A DNA stretch of 54,539 bases, counting the filler, from Phoronis australis (Eukaryota > Animalia > Phoronida), in the NCBI GenBank assembly GCA_002633005.1. It is 5 parts of 5 records of this genome, joined end to end, with 100 filler letters (N's around TTAATTAATTAA, not from the genome) between each part and the next. Parts side by side here need not be neighbours in the genome. Positions count along the whole stretch, not along the records: positions 32,965 to 40,317 come from NMRA01002029.1; positions 40,418 to 54,539 come from NMRA01000008.1; 3 more parts are not named here. One strand, given 5' to 3'. Below, one piece after another: positions 36,789-48,664 of this stretch. The notes under the pieces were generated by a model. The model was not told where the DNA came from. It searched no databases and was given only the letters and a program-made list of their open reading frames with translations. A program made the position numbers and the translations under genes. The number at the start of each line of letters is the position of its first letter. Position 1 is the first letter of the stretch.

Positions 36789-37513
36789 GTGAGTTGATTT
36801 GTGTGTTATTAAGTGAATCAGTGTAGTAAGACAAATGTACTCACAAGTTCATGCCTGAGTGCAATCACCTTCTGGCCATATCAATGAAAGAATGGAAACA
36901 ACAAAACTTTGCTGATGAATTTCATATTTAAAGTGCTATTTTGTCCAAGATCTCCATGTCCAAGCCCAACTTAATAGTACACTGTTCACTCACAGAGTGG
37001 TTGTTCTTCTTACACTATCTTTGACCTGTTGTAAGTGGTCGGAACTTTGACACATGCGGGTCGATTTTAACGATCAAAACCCCATTGTTGATGGTTTAAA
37101 TTTGTTGTTCTTTTTTGTCAAAATTTTGAGTTGAAAATATGAGTGTAACGATAAAGTGTTGTCTGTAACGCACATGCTGCACAGTCTGTAATGCACATGC
37201 TGCACAGTCCATATCAGTGTTATGTAACTAGTGTTTCGCCATAACTTGTGCACACACATTTCGGTGTCAGTTCATCACTAATAGCCGTCTCCACTAAATT
37301 TTCCTGGTCTGGAGAATAGTTTAATTCAGAACCTGGCGAAATGCAAAGGTTTGACTCGCAGGAACATTTCTCTCCTATGCTTCTCCTTTCAAAAGAGAAT
37401 GCTGTTTGTTTAATCACGTTCTGACAAATTTATTTCAGTTGACTTTGCATGAATGTCTGTATGTCTCACAAAATGTGTTCATTGTTTTCTTATCTCCTCT
37501 GGTGACTCTTTAG

Positions 37514-37688
37514 AAAACATTGGGCCGATGAATGCTGTCCTCTTATACGACATCTTCTGAGTAAAGGGAATACTACTACACATGAATGGCGGACAGGTGT
37601 CAAGCCAGCAAGAGTAGTTGAAGACAACCCTTTTGATGGAGTTATTGATGCAGAGGAAGAAGACCTGGAAGAGTCCACTGAAGGGGGT
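37514..37688 (+). CDS. CDK5RAP3: CDK5RAP3 internal exon
   Basis: CTTTAG|...|GTAAGT, phase 2-0: KHWADECCPLIRHLLSKGNTTTHEWRTGVKPARVVEDNPFDGVIDAEEEDLEESTEGG, containing the conserved GNxTxxEWRTG motif. Confidence 0.93.
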
Positions 37689-38828
37689 GTAAGTAGTTAA
37701 GTAATGAATAGACTGTCCCCTGCGGCGAAATGCCAATTTACTGTTGTTGTGTTGTACTCTTCAAATTAAGACGAGTCGTAACAGCACCCTGTTTAAACAA
37801 AATAACTGTTCTGGCTAAAGGCTTTGATTGGTTTCATTGAGGTTTTGATTACACTACCTTTAAACTGGTATGCAGTATTTGTTTTGAAGCAGTCAAAGCA
37901 TTTTTGTAATCTGAAGTTTTCCAACCACTTCAATTACCTTATTTGAATGTTTAAACACACCTGGCATATAATGTGCAGGCAGATACCCCAGCATTTCAAA
38001 TGACTGCCGAATACACAAACTTCTAAGTGGTAAGTCCATGTATCCACTTTATAACCGCTTACCCATTAGAAGTCAATCTTTGCTTTTACTGAAGTTTCGT
38101 TTAGTGGGAAAGGTTAACTCGGTAGTTAATCTGCAAGGGAAACTTTGTTTAAATCAGTAGGATTTAAGAGTGAAGCTTGCCTACTCACTGAAGCTTCGTT
38201 GAAGTTATCGGTAGATTTCGCAACAACGATATATGATCACGCAGGATTCGCAAAACGTGTTCTTTGTTATTGCAGCGTACCCGACATGCTCTCAATAGAC
38301 AAACATAAATAAATAAATAAAAGAAAGCATATCTGATGAAGAAAGACACTAATCATTTTCATAAACACAAGTAAATGGCTGGGGAAGTTAGCCTCGAACC
38401 CACTACTCAATAATGGTTTGAGAGTACGAATGAACTGCGTCGTCTATTGTCATACTCTGTGATAACTTCGATCTTGCTCTCTAATCGTAAAGGAAAGCGA
38501 AGTTTCGGCGAAGCTTCAGTAAACCGAAGTTCCCCTAATGAGAAAGCGACCTTTGACAGACTTCACATATTTTTTGAGCTTGAACTTTGCTTAATGAGGT
38601 CAGTACCTATGTCACTTATTTCATGGGTTATAAATACACAAAATAGGCTTAGCCTGTGTATCCATTGATCATGCCATGTGACCCGTAATTAATTTACGAA
38701 TTTCAAAGTGTTCCTATTTGCTATAGTTTTCTTTTAATAACTGAATGGCAAACTTACATTTACTACCAGTGCTGGTGCCCAGCTAGCAAGAAGTGAACAA
38801 ATTCATACAACTATTTCATTTTTACCAG

Positions 38829-38991
38829 ATTGATTTTGGTGAAGCCATCGACTACGGCATTGAACTTGAAGTATCTGGCGAGAACATTGACTTTGGCGAT
38901 GACATTTGTTACGACGTAGACACAGAGAACCCTGGAGAAGTCATCAACTTTGACCTCGGGTCAGTTGAGGATGCAGGCAAGGCTTCAGAAG
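38829..38991 (+). CDS. CDK5RAP3: CDK5RAP3 internal exon (acidic disordered region with shuffled-AIM-like motifs)
   Basis: TTTTACCAG|...|GTGGGT, phase 0-1: IDFGEAIDYGIELEVSGENIDFGDDICYDVDTENPGEVINFDLGSVEDAGKASE. Confidence 0.88.
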
Positions 38992-39280
38992 GTGGGTTTA
39001 TGGGTACTGGCGTTTTCCGTAGATAAGCCCACCCGATGAAACGCCCATGTGCGTTTATTTGGAAAATTATGCCAAATATACGCCCATGGGCGTTAATTTG
39101 GTGTTGCAACTTCTCGTGTCAAGTGTCCAGATAGTGGTGCGTTTATTTGGAAAATTTCCTTTTAAAAGCCCACTTAGCGTTAAGTTTTCACAAAGTCAGT
39201 TTTGTGAAGCATTTATCAATTTATGAAAATGAATGAAGAGTTGCTGAACTATGCATTTGTTACAGTCAAATAAACTATAA

Positions 39281-40070
39281 TATACAATTTTTAGAAACAG
39301 TTTTAAATAAAAAATCAGTCAGGAAACCTCTTAATACGTATACAATTTTTGAAAACAGTTTTAAATAAAAAATCAGTCAGGAAACCTCTTAGGGCTGTTC
39401 CAGTAAAATCTGTATGGGAGGGGGGGGAAGGCACCTTTTTTTCGCACCCATCACCCATATTTTTCATTTATTTCTTCAGCCTACCACCCGTAATTTTTGA
39501 TAAGTTTGAAATGCAACCACCCGTAATTTTTTTTGTTCTTGTGGTTGACTGCACAGGCGCTCGAGTTTATCTGTTCCTCCATCACCACTAACGTCATTCA
39601 TTACTAAGAAAACATATATATGGTTATTAGCCATCGAGAAATTCAAGCACCTGTGGTTAAATGGTGTTATGGGCATGCCGATAAGGAGATCGGAGGGAGT
39701 GAAAAAGTCGGAGCTTTTTGCAAGTTGCATTTCTGTTTCAGTTTTTGATTCTGTGCGGATTGTTTGTAAAATTTAATAAAATTACTCACCACCAAACATT
39801 TATGGCCCAATGAAACAACAACGACCTGTAAATTTTTATTTTTTTGAAGTACGACCACCAGTCATTTTGAATTTAAATCAAACGCAACCACCCATAAATT
39901 TTTATTTCAGTTGCCTTCCCCCCCTCCCACACAGATTTTGCTGGAACAGCCCTTAATAAGTATACAATTTTTAAAAACAGTTTTAAATAAAAATCAGTCA
40001 GGAAACCTCTTAATAAGTATACAATTTTAATAACAGTTTTAAATAAAAAATCATCCAAGAAACTTCTTAA
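39281..40070. repeat. ~57-bp AT-rich minisatellite (4 units) interrupted by the MITE
   Basis: TATACAATTTTTxxAAACAGTTTTAAATAAAAAATCAGTCAGGAAACCTCTTAATA, two units on each side of the MITE. Confidence 0.85.
39392..39952. mobile_element. PIF/Harbinger-type (Tourist-like) MITE with a TTA target-site duplication
   Basis: TTA|GGGCTGTTCCAGTAAAATCTGTATGGGAGGGGGGGAAGGCA...TGCCTTCCCCCCCTCCCACACAGATTTTGCTGGAACAGCCC|TTA: a ~42-bp TIR. Confidence 0.88.
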
Positions 40071-40317
40071 TCTACATGTATTCAGTCCATGTCAATGTTT
40101 TCATTCAGCTTCTTTCCCCCTCCGAGTCGCTGAAGGGATCAAGCAACTTGCCGTCCATCTCTTGGATACCCGCGTTGTATCCCATGTGTTCGCAAATCTG
40201 GGGTTGAATCATACGGTAGAGACCGTTTGCCCATCAACATTCGAATGCTAATACTGATGTCTTGTGGGATTCCAGATTGAAGTTTCTCGTAGGATGGGGG
40301 GGCTGCGATATCCTCTC

Positions 40318-40417
40318 NNNNNNNNNNNNNNNNNNNNNNNNNNNNNNNNNNNNNNNNNNNNTTAATTAATTAANNNNNNNNNNNNNNNNNNNNNNNNNNN
40401 NNNNNNNNNNNNNNNNN
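40318..40417. other. Artificial contig spacer
   Basis: N44-TTAATTAATTAA-N44. Confidence 0.97.
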
Positions 40418-41558
40418 TCTCCAAACTGTAAATGTGGTGACCATCAATCTTATCCTCATATTTTCTTCAAATGTCCCCTCATCGAATCCCTGAGAGACTC
40501 ACTCTTTCGTGCACTCAATGATAACCAATCAATTGTTAACGCTCTCAATTCTTGTAATAATATCCCTACTAGAGTTACATTATTACTGAATGGTAGTCCT
40601 AACGTGGACTTTGTTCTCAACGAATTCCTCCTAAGCAACGTTAGTAAATTTTTATGTACCGTTTATCAATATTGTTGCATCTGATTTCCCTACATGTATC
40701 TGTACATACTGTAACAGCATGTCTAAGTATTGGAATACTTATTTTAGATACTACTTAATTGTATATACCTCTATGTATATAAGTTTCATTTATGAATTGT
40801 TTACAACCCAGATATAATGCTTCGCGGTTTCTGGGTTTGTTATTATTTCTTTGTATGTTCTGTGTATCCTTCAATAAATATATATCACAGTGAAAAAAAA
40901 TTCCTCTTTTAGTCAGGCATTCAGAAAGTCTACAGTCATGATGTGCATCAACAACTGGAATTCTCTTCCAGTCTCTGTTAAGGAAAGCAACTCTTTTACG
41001 AGTATAAAAAATAATTTTAGAACTGTTTTTCATAATTTTGATAACTCAACACCCTTGACTCAATTATCCCTTCCCCGCGATAACGAAATAGCGTTGTACA
41101 GATCAAGATGTGGCCTTTTCCTCAACTCTGACAAGTTTAGGCATAACTTTAGTAATGTCTCTCCAAACTGTAAATGTGGTGACCATCAATCTTATCTTCA
41201 TGTAATAATATCCCTACTAGGGTTACATTATTATTGAATGGTAGTCCTAGCCTTGACCTTGTTCTCAATGAATTCCTCCTAAGCAACGTTAGTAAATTTT
41301 TATGTACCGTTTATCAATATTGTTACTTCTAATTTCCATACATGAATCTGTACATATTCTTTTATATATTCGTAATAGCATATCTAAGTATTGGAACACT
41401 TATATTAGACAATACTTAATTGTATATACCTCTATGTATATTAGTTTCATTGATGAATTGTTTACAACCCAGATATAATTCTTCGCGATTTATGGGTTTG
41501 TTATTATTTCTTTGTTTGTTCTGTGTATTATTCAATAAATATATATCACTTAAAAAAA
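40418..41558 (+). mobile_element. Two tandem 5'-truncated CR1-group LINE 3' ends
   Basis: NWNSLPVSVKESNS...SPNCKCGDHQSYPHIFFKCP, each copy followed by a shared 3'UTR, AATAAA and an A-run (ends ~40900 and ~41558). Confidence 0.8.
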
Positions 41559-44500
41559 ATTCCATGATTAAGGCTGGCATAAGAGTGCACACCGTGTATT
41601 TCCACCAAGACCGTACGTCCCACAACGTCCGTCCTCAGTCTTTGCCTCATCCCTCTCAACCCTGTCCGTTTTCTGCCTCACTATACTCGATCTCAAACAT
41701 ATATCCACCCACTAACTGTTCGTGAAAAAATTCCTCATCACAACCGCTATGAACAATGTCTCCGTCACTCACGTCACTGTGTCTGTGATATGGGTGTTGT
41801 AGAATACTCCTCGATGGGAAGTGGTGACAACGATTTCAGGAAACCAGCACAAAAACAACAGTGGAACAGATCCCAACAGTAAACTCCGACGCACTAGAAA
41901 CAAAATGGCGGGAAATTCTAAATACACTAAACGTCACTTCCGGAGTAGTACATGACTGATGAATTACGGGGAATCTTAACTAACTGAAACACATGTCTGG
42001 GAAAATCTACTAATCGTATTTTTACTAAAAATGACATGAGAAAAAGTTGCCTGCCCCTTTAAATTCCAAATATCCCGAAACCGACAAACTCTCGAGGTGC
42101 ATGTATCTAGTAATTTACAGTTATTGATCGAAACCATAGTGTTTAGGTTATGGGACTGAAAATTTTAATTTCTTGAAAGACGTTCCTTTTTGAGAATATT
42201 GCATGCCATTATCTACAACATATACGAGACGTGTGTTTTGTGACCCTTTGATGATGATAGAGAACCCTATGACTTTATAACTCAGCTGAAAGAGAAAATG
42301 GTTCGCGGAACTTCGTCCACGTCCTTGACCTATGGTGATAGAGAAGAACTCCAGATACGTCTTGCTGTAGGCTTGATCCCGTCGTGTATTGAATTCAAGA
42401 ACGTGTGGTGAATGTCTTGCGGTTATCGAACAATTAAAGCTGCATTTCGTCCTGTTTAGGCATTTTACTCTCATAAAGTCGACCTCATAATTGTACGGTG
42501 GCTGCAAAAGGACGGCACCGCTACTTTTTTTCTCCGTTGCTAACTCTATCGATAGACTTACAAACTCTATCGATAGAATTATTATGAGGCGGATTTTATA
42601 AAAGTAAACGGTCAAATTCAGTTTACTGTTTTTAGCCAGCTAAACAGGGCGAAATAGTGACTAAGCATCGCTCACATACGGCGTTAAAAAGTCTCTAAAC
42701 GCTATAACTGTTCCGATAAAAATGGCCCTATCATCGTGAACTTAATCGGCCGTGCATCGCCCGATTCGGCGATGTGTGACCAAGGTATCTGACGCATTTA
42801 ATTTGTTTACGGTCTTATATGGTTTTCTATGGAATTCCAAGCCTGTCAGCTACTAGCGCGTGCGGGGTTTACTCGCCACTGCGCCCAGGTGAACGCGTAA
42901 ACTGAAGACGTCCAATTCCTAGTTGGGGAGACTCAAATTCCGGGCTCCAGGTTCATCATTTAGACTTGTACACAAGAGTCATACGGTCATTGGACCCTTC
43001 CATTTATGTGTGAACTTTATTTAGATTCGGGCGGAAACTGTGAGATCCATGACAACGGTAGTGATGCAATGAGGAGAACCACATGACTGAGTGTGACTGA
43101 CCTGTTAATGGTACGGTGAGAGGACAGTTTTGGAGGTAAAACAGCACACAGTACTAAGACTGCTGTCGACCTGTTTGGCATTTCTTGTTTAGAATAATCA
43201 TAAAATTATCACACCCTTAGAAAAAAATAGCCAACCAAAGCGGATGAACTCGGAATCCAATATAATTATGTCCGTTGACTTGGTTATTGGATTTCGAGTT
43301 CAGTAGTTAATTTGGGCCACCTGGCAAAAATAACAACTAATAACAACCAGCATGTTGGAATCTCAGTCTGGAGTCAAAACTTTAAAATCAGACCACTATC
43401 ATAAATGTTACGTAGTCTAGGCGAGCACTATGTTAATGATACATCTCCAAACCGAACTAAAGTGTATTTATTAAATACATGCAGCAGTCCTATAGATGAA
43501 CGCGCAAGGGAGTCATACTCGGACGCGTTCACAAGTGACAGCTAGGCTTAGGATTCCATAATTTTCTGGTTCAAACCCTAAGACTGTTGTAAGGGAATAG
43601 ACGCTGAAAACTGGACTCAAGTGTTTATCCAGAAACGCATTCAGTAGACGCTACACTTTCATTGCGTGCATTGCTCGTAATACATGTCGATCTCTCTTTT
43701 CTAGTGAGAACCTTATTCCACAGCACGCAGTCCAAGTGCCTCTACGCACCAGAGACTACTGCAATGAATGGGTCCGCAGAGCCCTCCCCAATTCGTAGCT
43801 CCCAGCGGTTGAATAAACAACTTTCCAGCAACGAAGACACAGTATCTGTCGACTGATTGCCGCGGTCGACCTTTTCTCTCTATTGTCTTCTATTGTTTTC
43901 CATTTCTCTCACCAGTACTGCTTTTCATCATCATGTGCCTGTGACCAGCGCTCTTTATTCCGCACTACTGCATGCCTGTCTCCGTATTCAATTTTTAGCC
44001 GTTAATCACACAGTCAAAATATCCGAGCATTGACATTTTAATGCTATTACGGAAACATATTTTTCAAAAATGCAATTCCCATCCCAAAGTAAAAATGGCA
44101 TGGACTCGACCATGGTCACACTGGAAATAATATACAAACATGGACCGATCCCGTGGGTAACATGGAGTCAACTATGTATTGCTCTCCCGAGGTCCTTAAT
44201 CTTATGCCTGAGTGATCGACCTATATTCGTATTATTGTACGACAGCTGATGCTTTTTTCCTTTGATCTGTTCGTCTCTTATTAGTTTGGCATGTTTTTAC
44301 CTGCTTTGATGCGTCATCATATCTGCTCGCAATGACCTCTGTCGTCAGGGCGGCTGACACTACACCGGGCCACATCGAACGAACGTTTTAGCAAGTCAGG
44401 AGACAGGACTATCAGTGGTCGTATAATTTTACATTGTAAATCATGAACAGTATCCCAGTTTGGATTCTTGCTGCCCGTACCTCAGTCATAATTTTCACAT

Positions 44501-46534
44501 AATTTAAATCGTGCTTAAAGGGTGAATCAGATAAACCCACACCTTCAGTCGAAAAACAACTTTTGATTTTGGGCACTTGCTGCAATAAAATCTCACTTTG
44601 TTCCTTACTTACATATGATTTTTAGGCGTGAGAAAAAGTGAGAGGTCGTCGCGCAACTTCAGGACAGAAAGTATGGCCGTCAAGAGAATCCCAGGCGATT
44701 TATTTTAAGCAGTTTCAGTTCAAACAAATAATAAAAAGTCATGACGTTGCTGCGGAAGAATTACACGTACCCCTTTGAAGAAATTGGACTTTTACTCCAA
44801 AAAGGTTTGGGGGGTCCGTATCGGTCTTTGCTTAATGTCGGTTTTAGGAACGTTATTGAAACTGCGATGGTGTATATTTTATTAGTAAGAAACGTTACAA
44901 TTGACCTAACAATCGCTTTTGCGCGCCACTGTTTGCAAGTTAAAATCGGAGTGACGTCCGTCTCAGCTAAGACCGAATTACAACCCTCGATAAAACGGGT
45001 GTTAATGTGACATTCCTTGACGTGTTGGTCAGAGGAAAGTGACTTAGTTTGAACAACTATTAAATAGTTGTGCGTCAACGGCATTGCTTTAAATTATATT
45101 CCATGCACTCCATTAAGATCGCACTTCATCCGAAGATTACAAATACTGTTGACAATGTTCGATTTTACCTTAGCGCAAGAATTAGCTGCGTATGTGAACC
45201 CACGAAGGCCATCTTTACGGTAAAATCTCACCAAATTCGGACAAAAAGAATTGCCAAAAATGCCTATTTCGATTTTTCAAGGACTTATAAAATGTTGTGA
45301 ATACCCACAAATTTTCAAAACTTTGTTTGATGATGGTTCTGGTACAAAACCTGAACACGGAAAATCAATCAATTTGGTGCTACATATCTTTTTGGAAAAC
45401 ATGACGAAACAAAATTTCACTTGTTGGCCATTTTATGTCCTAAATTAGTGAGATATAAGCGTAGACAGATGATCCAGGTCAACCGAAGAATATGGCGTCG
45501 ACTAGATGCTTCAAGAACAGTGATATTTAGCGACATTTCTGTGAGATGTTGCAAATTTGTGATGTTTACTGTTACCGAATAAATACCGAGTTTGTGCCCA
45601 AAATGCTCAATACTCAATGTTTAACAATCATCGTAACATCCAGGGGATATCATAGCGGTTCCTTCTAAGTTTGTGAACGAACGTCTGCATGTCAATATAA
45701 AGAGTTGTAACGATTTATTTATTTGCGTGCTTAAGCAAGACATTTAATGTTGAAAAGAAAGCATGGCTTGATAATAACAAGGAAATTTGTAAATGGAAAG
45801 AACTGTCACATTGAATATTGGAAAAACCGCCGGTAAGCCAATGTGCGTTTACTGACGCTCACGCGCCTATATTTGGAATATTTTTTGTTCAGGCAGCCTA
45901 CTCTTGCACAAATGCGTGACGTAAAATAAATGATTTGGTGTGTTTTTCATGAATTGTCAGTTCTATTCTTTCACTTAATCTGAAACGGAACCCCTGACGT
46001 CACCTGGCTGCCTCATCCTTCACAACACTAATTGAAATTTCCTCGTGATTCGCATATTGCTGGCGTGCGCGCCTGAATTCGGATAAAGGACACCAACAAA
46101 TTCACGTAGGCCTAAATACATGCATATACCGTGAAGTGAGCTATTTCTCACCAGTGAGAAGTGTTTTTTTATCTCTTAGTGAAGAGTTAATCAAAATAGG
46201 ATTCCGACGACAACGTTGGTAGGCGAAAGTGAAAAGAGTTTCGCGAAAAAGGAAATGTGGTTCCAAAGAAAAGAACAATACACTTCAGGAAAAGAGAACC
46301 CCTTCCGTCGGACAAGGACGCGATGATCGGTCCGTTTACAAGAATATCCAAACTTTTGCGCATTAAACAGCCATTTCACACACCTATCTTCCTACATAAC
46401 CGTCTTCCCTCCGCATGTCTGTTGTAAAATGACACCAATCATCATCAGAAAAACCGCACAAGTTTGAATAATAATCTAAGCAATTTCCGGAAAACGCTCT
46501 ATTCAGCTGTTACATAGTCCGTATTTATACTTAC

Positions 46535-46868
46535 ACATGGCGTTACCCAGGTACCATACTTTTTCCATGTAGAATTCGAGAGCACCAGCCGGAAGGCAAA
46601 CCAAGATGACCAAGATGTCAGCCACGCTGAGGTTCACAAGAAATATATTAGTTGAACTGCGCATTTCGCGACTCTTGCATACGACATATATGACAAGAAA
46701 ATTCCCAACTATGCCCGTAATAAAAAGAAGAGTAAAGAAAAACGTAACCACCAGCATCGTGTATAATGGTATTTCTAGCGTTTCGTAATCTTGTGTCTTC
46801 TCATTAAATGAATTGTTCGTAGAAGTTTCGTTAATGTTCAAGTTATCGACTTGTACCGAGTAATTCAT
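46535..46868 (-). CDS. Class A (rhodopsin-like) peptide GPCR, first coding exon (N-terminus to start of TM3); ETH/TRH/ghrelin-receptor-like
   Basis: N-glycosylation sequons NYS, NET and NNS. TM1 GIVGNFLV, TM2 TNIFLVNLSVADILV..CLP, ECL1 WYLGNAMC, then a phase-1 donor |GTAAGT. I found no later exons in this contig. Confidence 0.9.
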
Positions 46869-48315
46869 TGTCACTTTTGATGCGTTTCTCCAAACAAAAA
46901 AAAACAATAGGCTGTCTTTCCTTATTGCAGTAGCGCCGTAGTCTTTACACTTTTTCTTTAAAAAGTTGCAGAGAGGAAATCCAATAGCACGAGAGTACCT
47001 TTCAAAGTGTGAGCGCTATACCGTACACACGATCAATAGCAAAACACAAGTTTTCCCCAACATAATTCGAAGACAGCTTTCCTGAAGGATACCAATCGTG
47101 ATCTTATTTATATGCCTCAGACGGTGCTATTGGTCAACAAAACAGCCAATCGTTAATAAGTGAGAAGGCATACGATTATAACAAGAGCGTGGGGGAAATT
47201 TGTAAGTATCGAATCGATCTCACAGTTGGACGGTTTGTGGCAAAACGCAAGGATTTTCATTAGCGAAATCTCTATAAATACCGGAAAACTGTCGGGTAGT
47301 TTCTCACAAAAAAATATAAAAGACTACACTAACAATATTCCCCGAAAAACGGATGTCTAAAGCAAAAATATCTTTATTGACATCCATCTCCTAGGTTGTG
47401 CTACGATCTACGTGGCAGAGTAAAACCAGAGATGGCTGGTTGAAAAGTGTCATTTATTATGACATACTAAACATCAACAGGAACAAAAACTCTTGAAAAA
47501 TACCATAAGAAAAAAACGCCACAGCTGGCGTATACCATAGAGCTCTGACTAGAACGACGTACTTTGAAATACAATACAAAAATAAGAAGGACCAAACTGA
47601 CACATTTTAACATAGAAGTAAACAATTGTAAAGACGTGGCACAATTAAAGACAAGTAAAGGCGTGAAAAAGGGCCTAACAGAGATATTGTACACAACAGA
47701 ATTTTGTGATTTTTTGTGAAGCAAGACTGAGTCACCTTTTTGTGTACTGAAATGCGGTAAAACGTCAGCTGTCTGTGGATGGCGCCTGGACCGACCAAAT
47801 AGAGTAAAGCTAACTTAAACGTAGGGTCTTCTCAAAAGCAAATGCGGACTCTTCTCAAGATTGCACATTACTTGCCAGACTATGGTGAAGGTGATTATGG
47901 ACAATGTATTTGAGCAAGAACACAATTCGTACCCTTCTTTTCTCTTTACAAAACGTCAGCTCTTACGACGGTTAGCTTTCTTGAACACATTTTGCTGTCG
48001 AAGTGTGGTCCCAAAACCAGATAACATGTCAAAATTGCGGACGTTTTTTTCAATGAACATGCTTAGACCTACCAGATTTAAAACACTAGGATATAATGCA
48101 TCTACGGCGCTTGTTTCTTACATCCAAAGAGGACAAGGTCAAGCTCGTCGCATAAATATTGTTAAGGAGCATTACTTGCCCAACTGTGGCAAAGCATAAA
48201 CTACGGAAAGCTATGCATACGGTTATTTGGATGTTAAGTGATGACGTCAAAGTGACGTCATGCTAAACATTCCTATTGCTTTAGTAGAGATGGACTCGGT
48301 TATCTAGTCCTATTC

Positions 48316-48468
48316 CAGTGGCGGATTAAGAGGCGGCCAAGGGGGCCATGGCCCCCCTAAAATTCTTCCAGATTAAATTTGGTAATTCGGGGTGTAAGTG
48401 TCTGACGGGCAAATTCCTGGCTAATACTCTGCCCCGCCCCCCAACTCAAAATCCTGGATCTGCCCCTG
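48316..48468. mobile_element. Small GC-rich MITE, family C (CAGTGGCGGAT...ATCCGCCCCTG ends)
   Basis: Short TIR. A close copy lies at 53385-53515, with related ends at 10577-10733, 52329-52500 and 54361-54539. Confidence 0.75.
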
Positions 48469-48664
48469 GTCAAGGTTTTGCAGCACTAGCTGGAGCATAG
48501 AACAGACATTACGTAGTGCGTTTTGCTTGAGTAGACTTGAGTACGTGGGGCCGAAATTAATAAAGTGATTAACTCGAACCAGTCTTCAGTCTATCGTCGC
48601 ACCGAAAGCTACTGAACACCGGTCAGAGAAAACCTGTGTCAGCCCATCCACGGAGTAAACCGCN

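Noticed and set aside
42206-42601. Long plus-strand frame with few stops, overlapping a 155-aa minus-strand ORF
   Set aside because: No recognisable motif or splice structure in either frame, and it is not the GPCR continuation.
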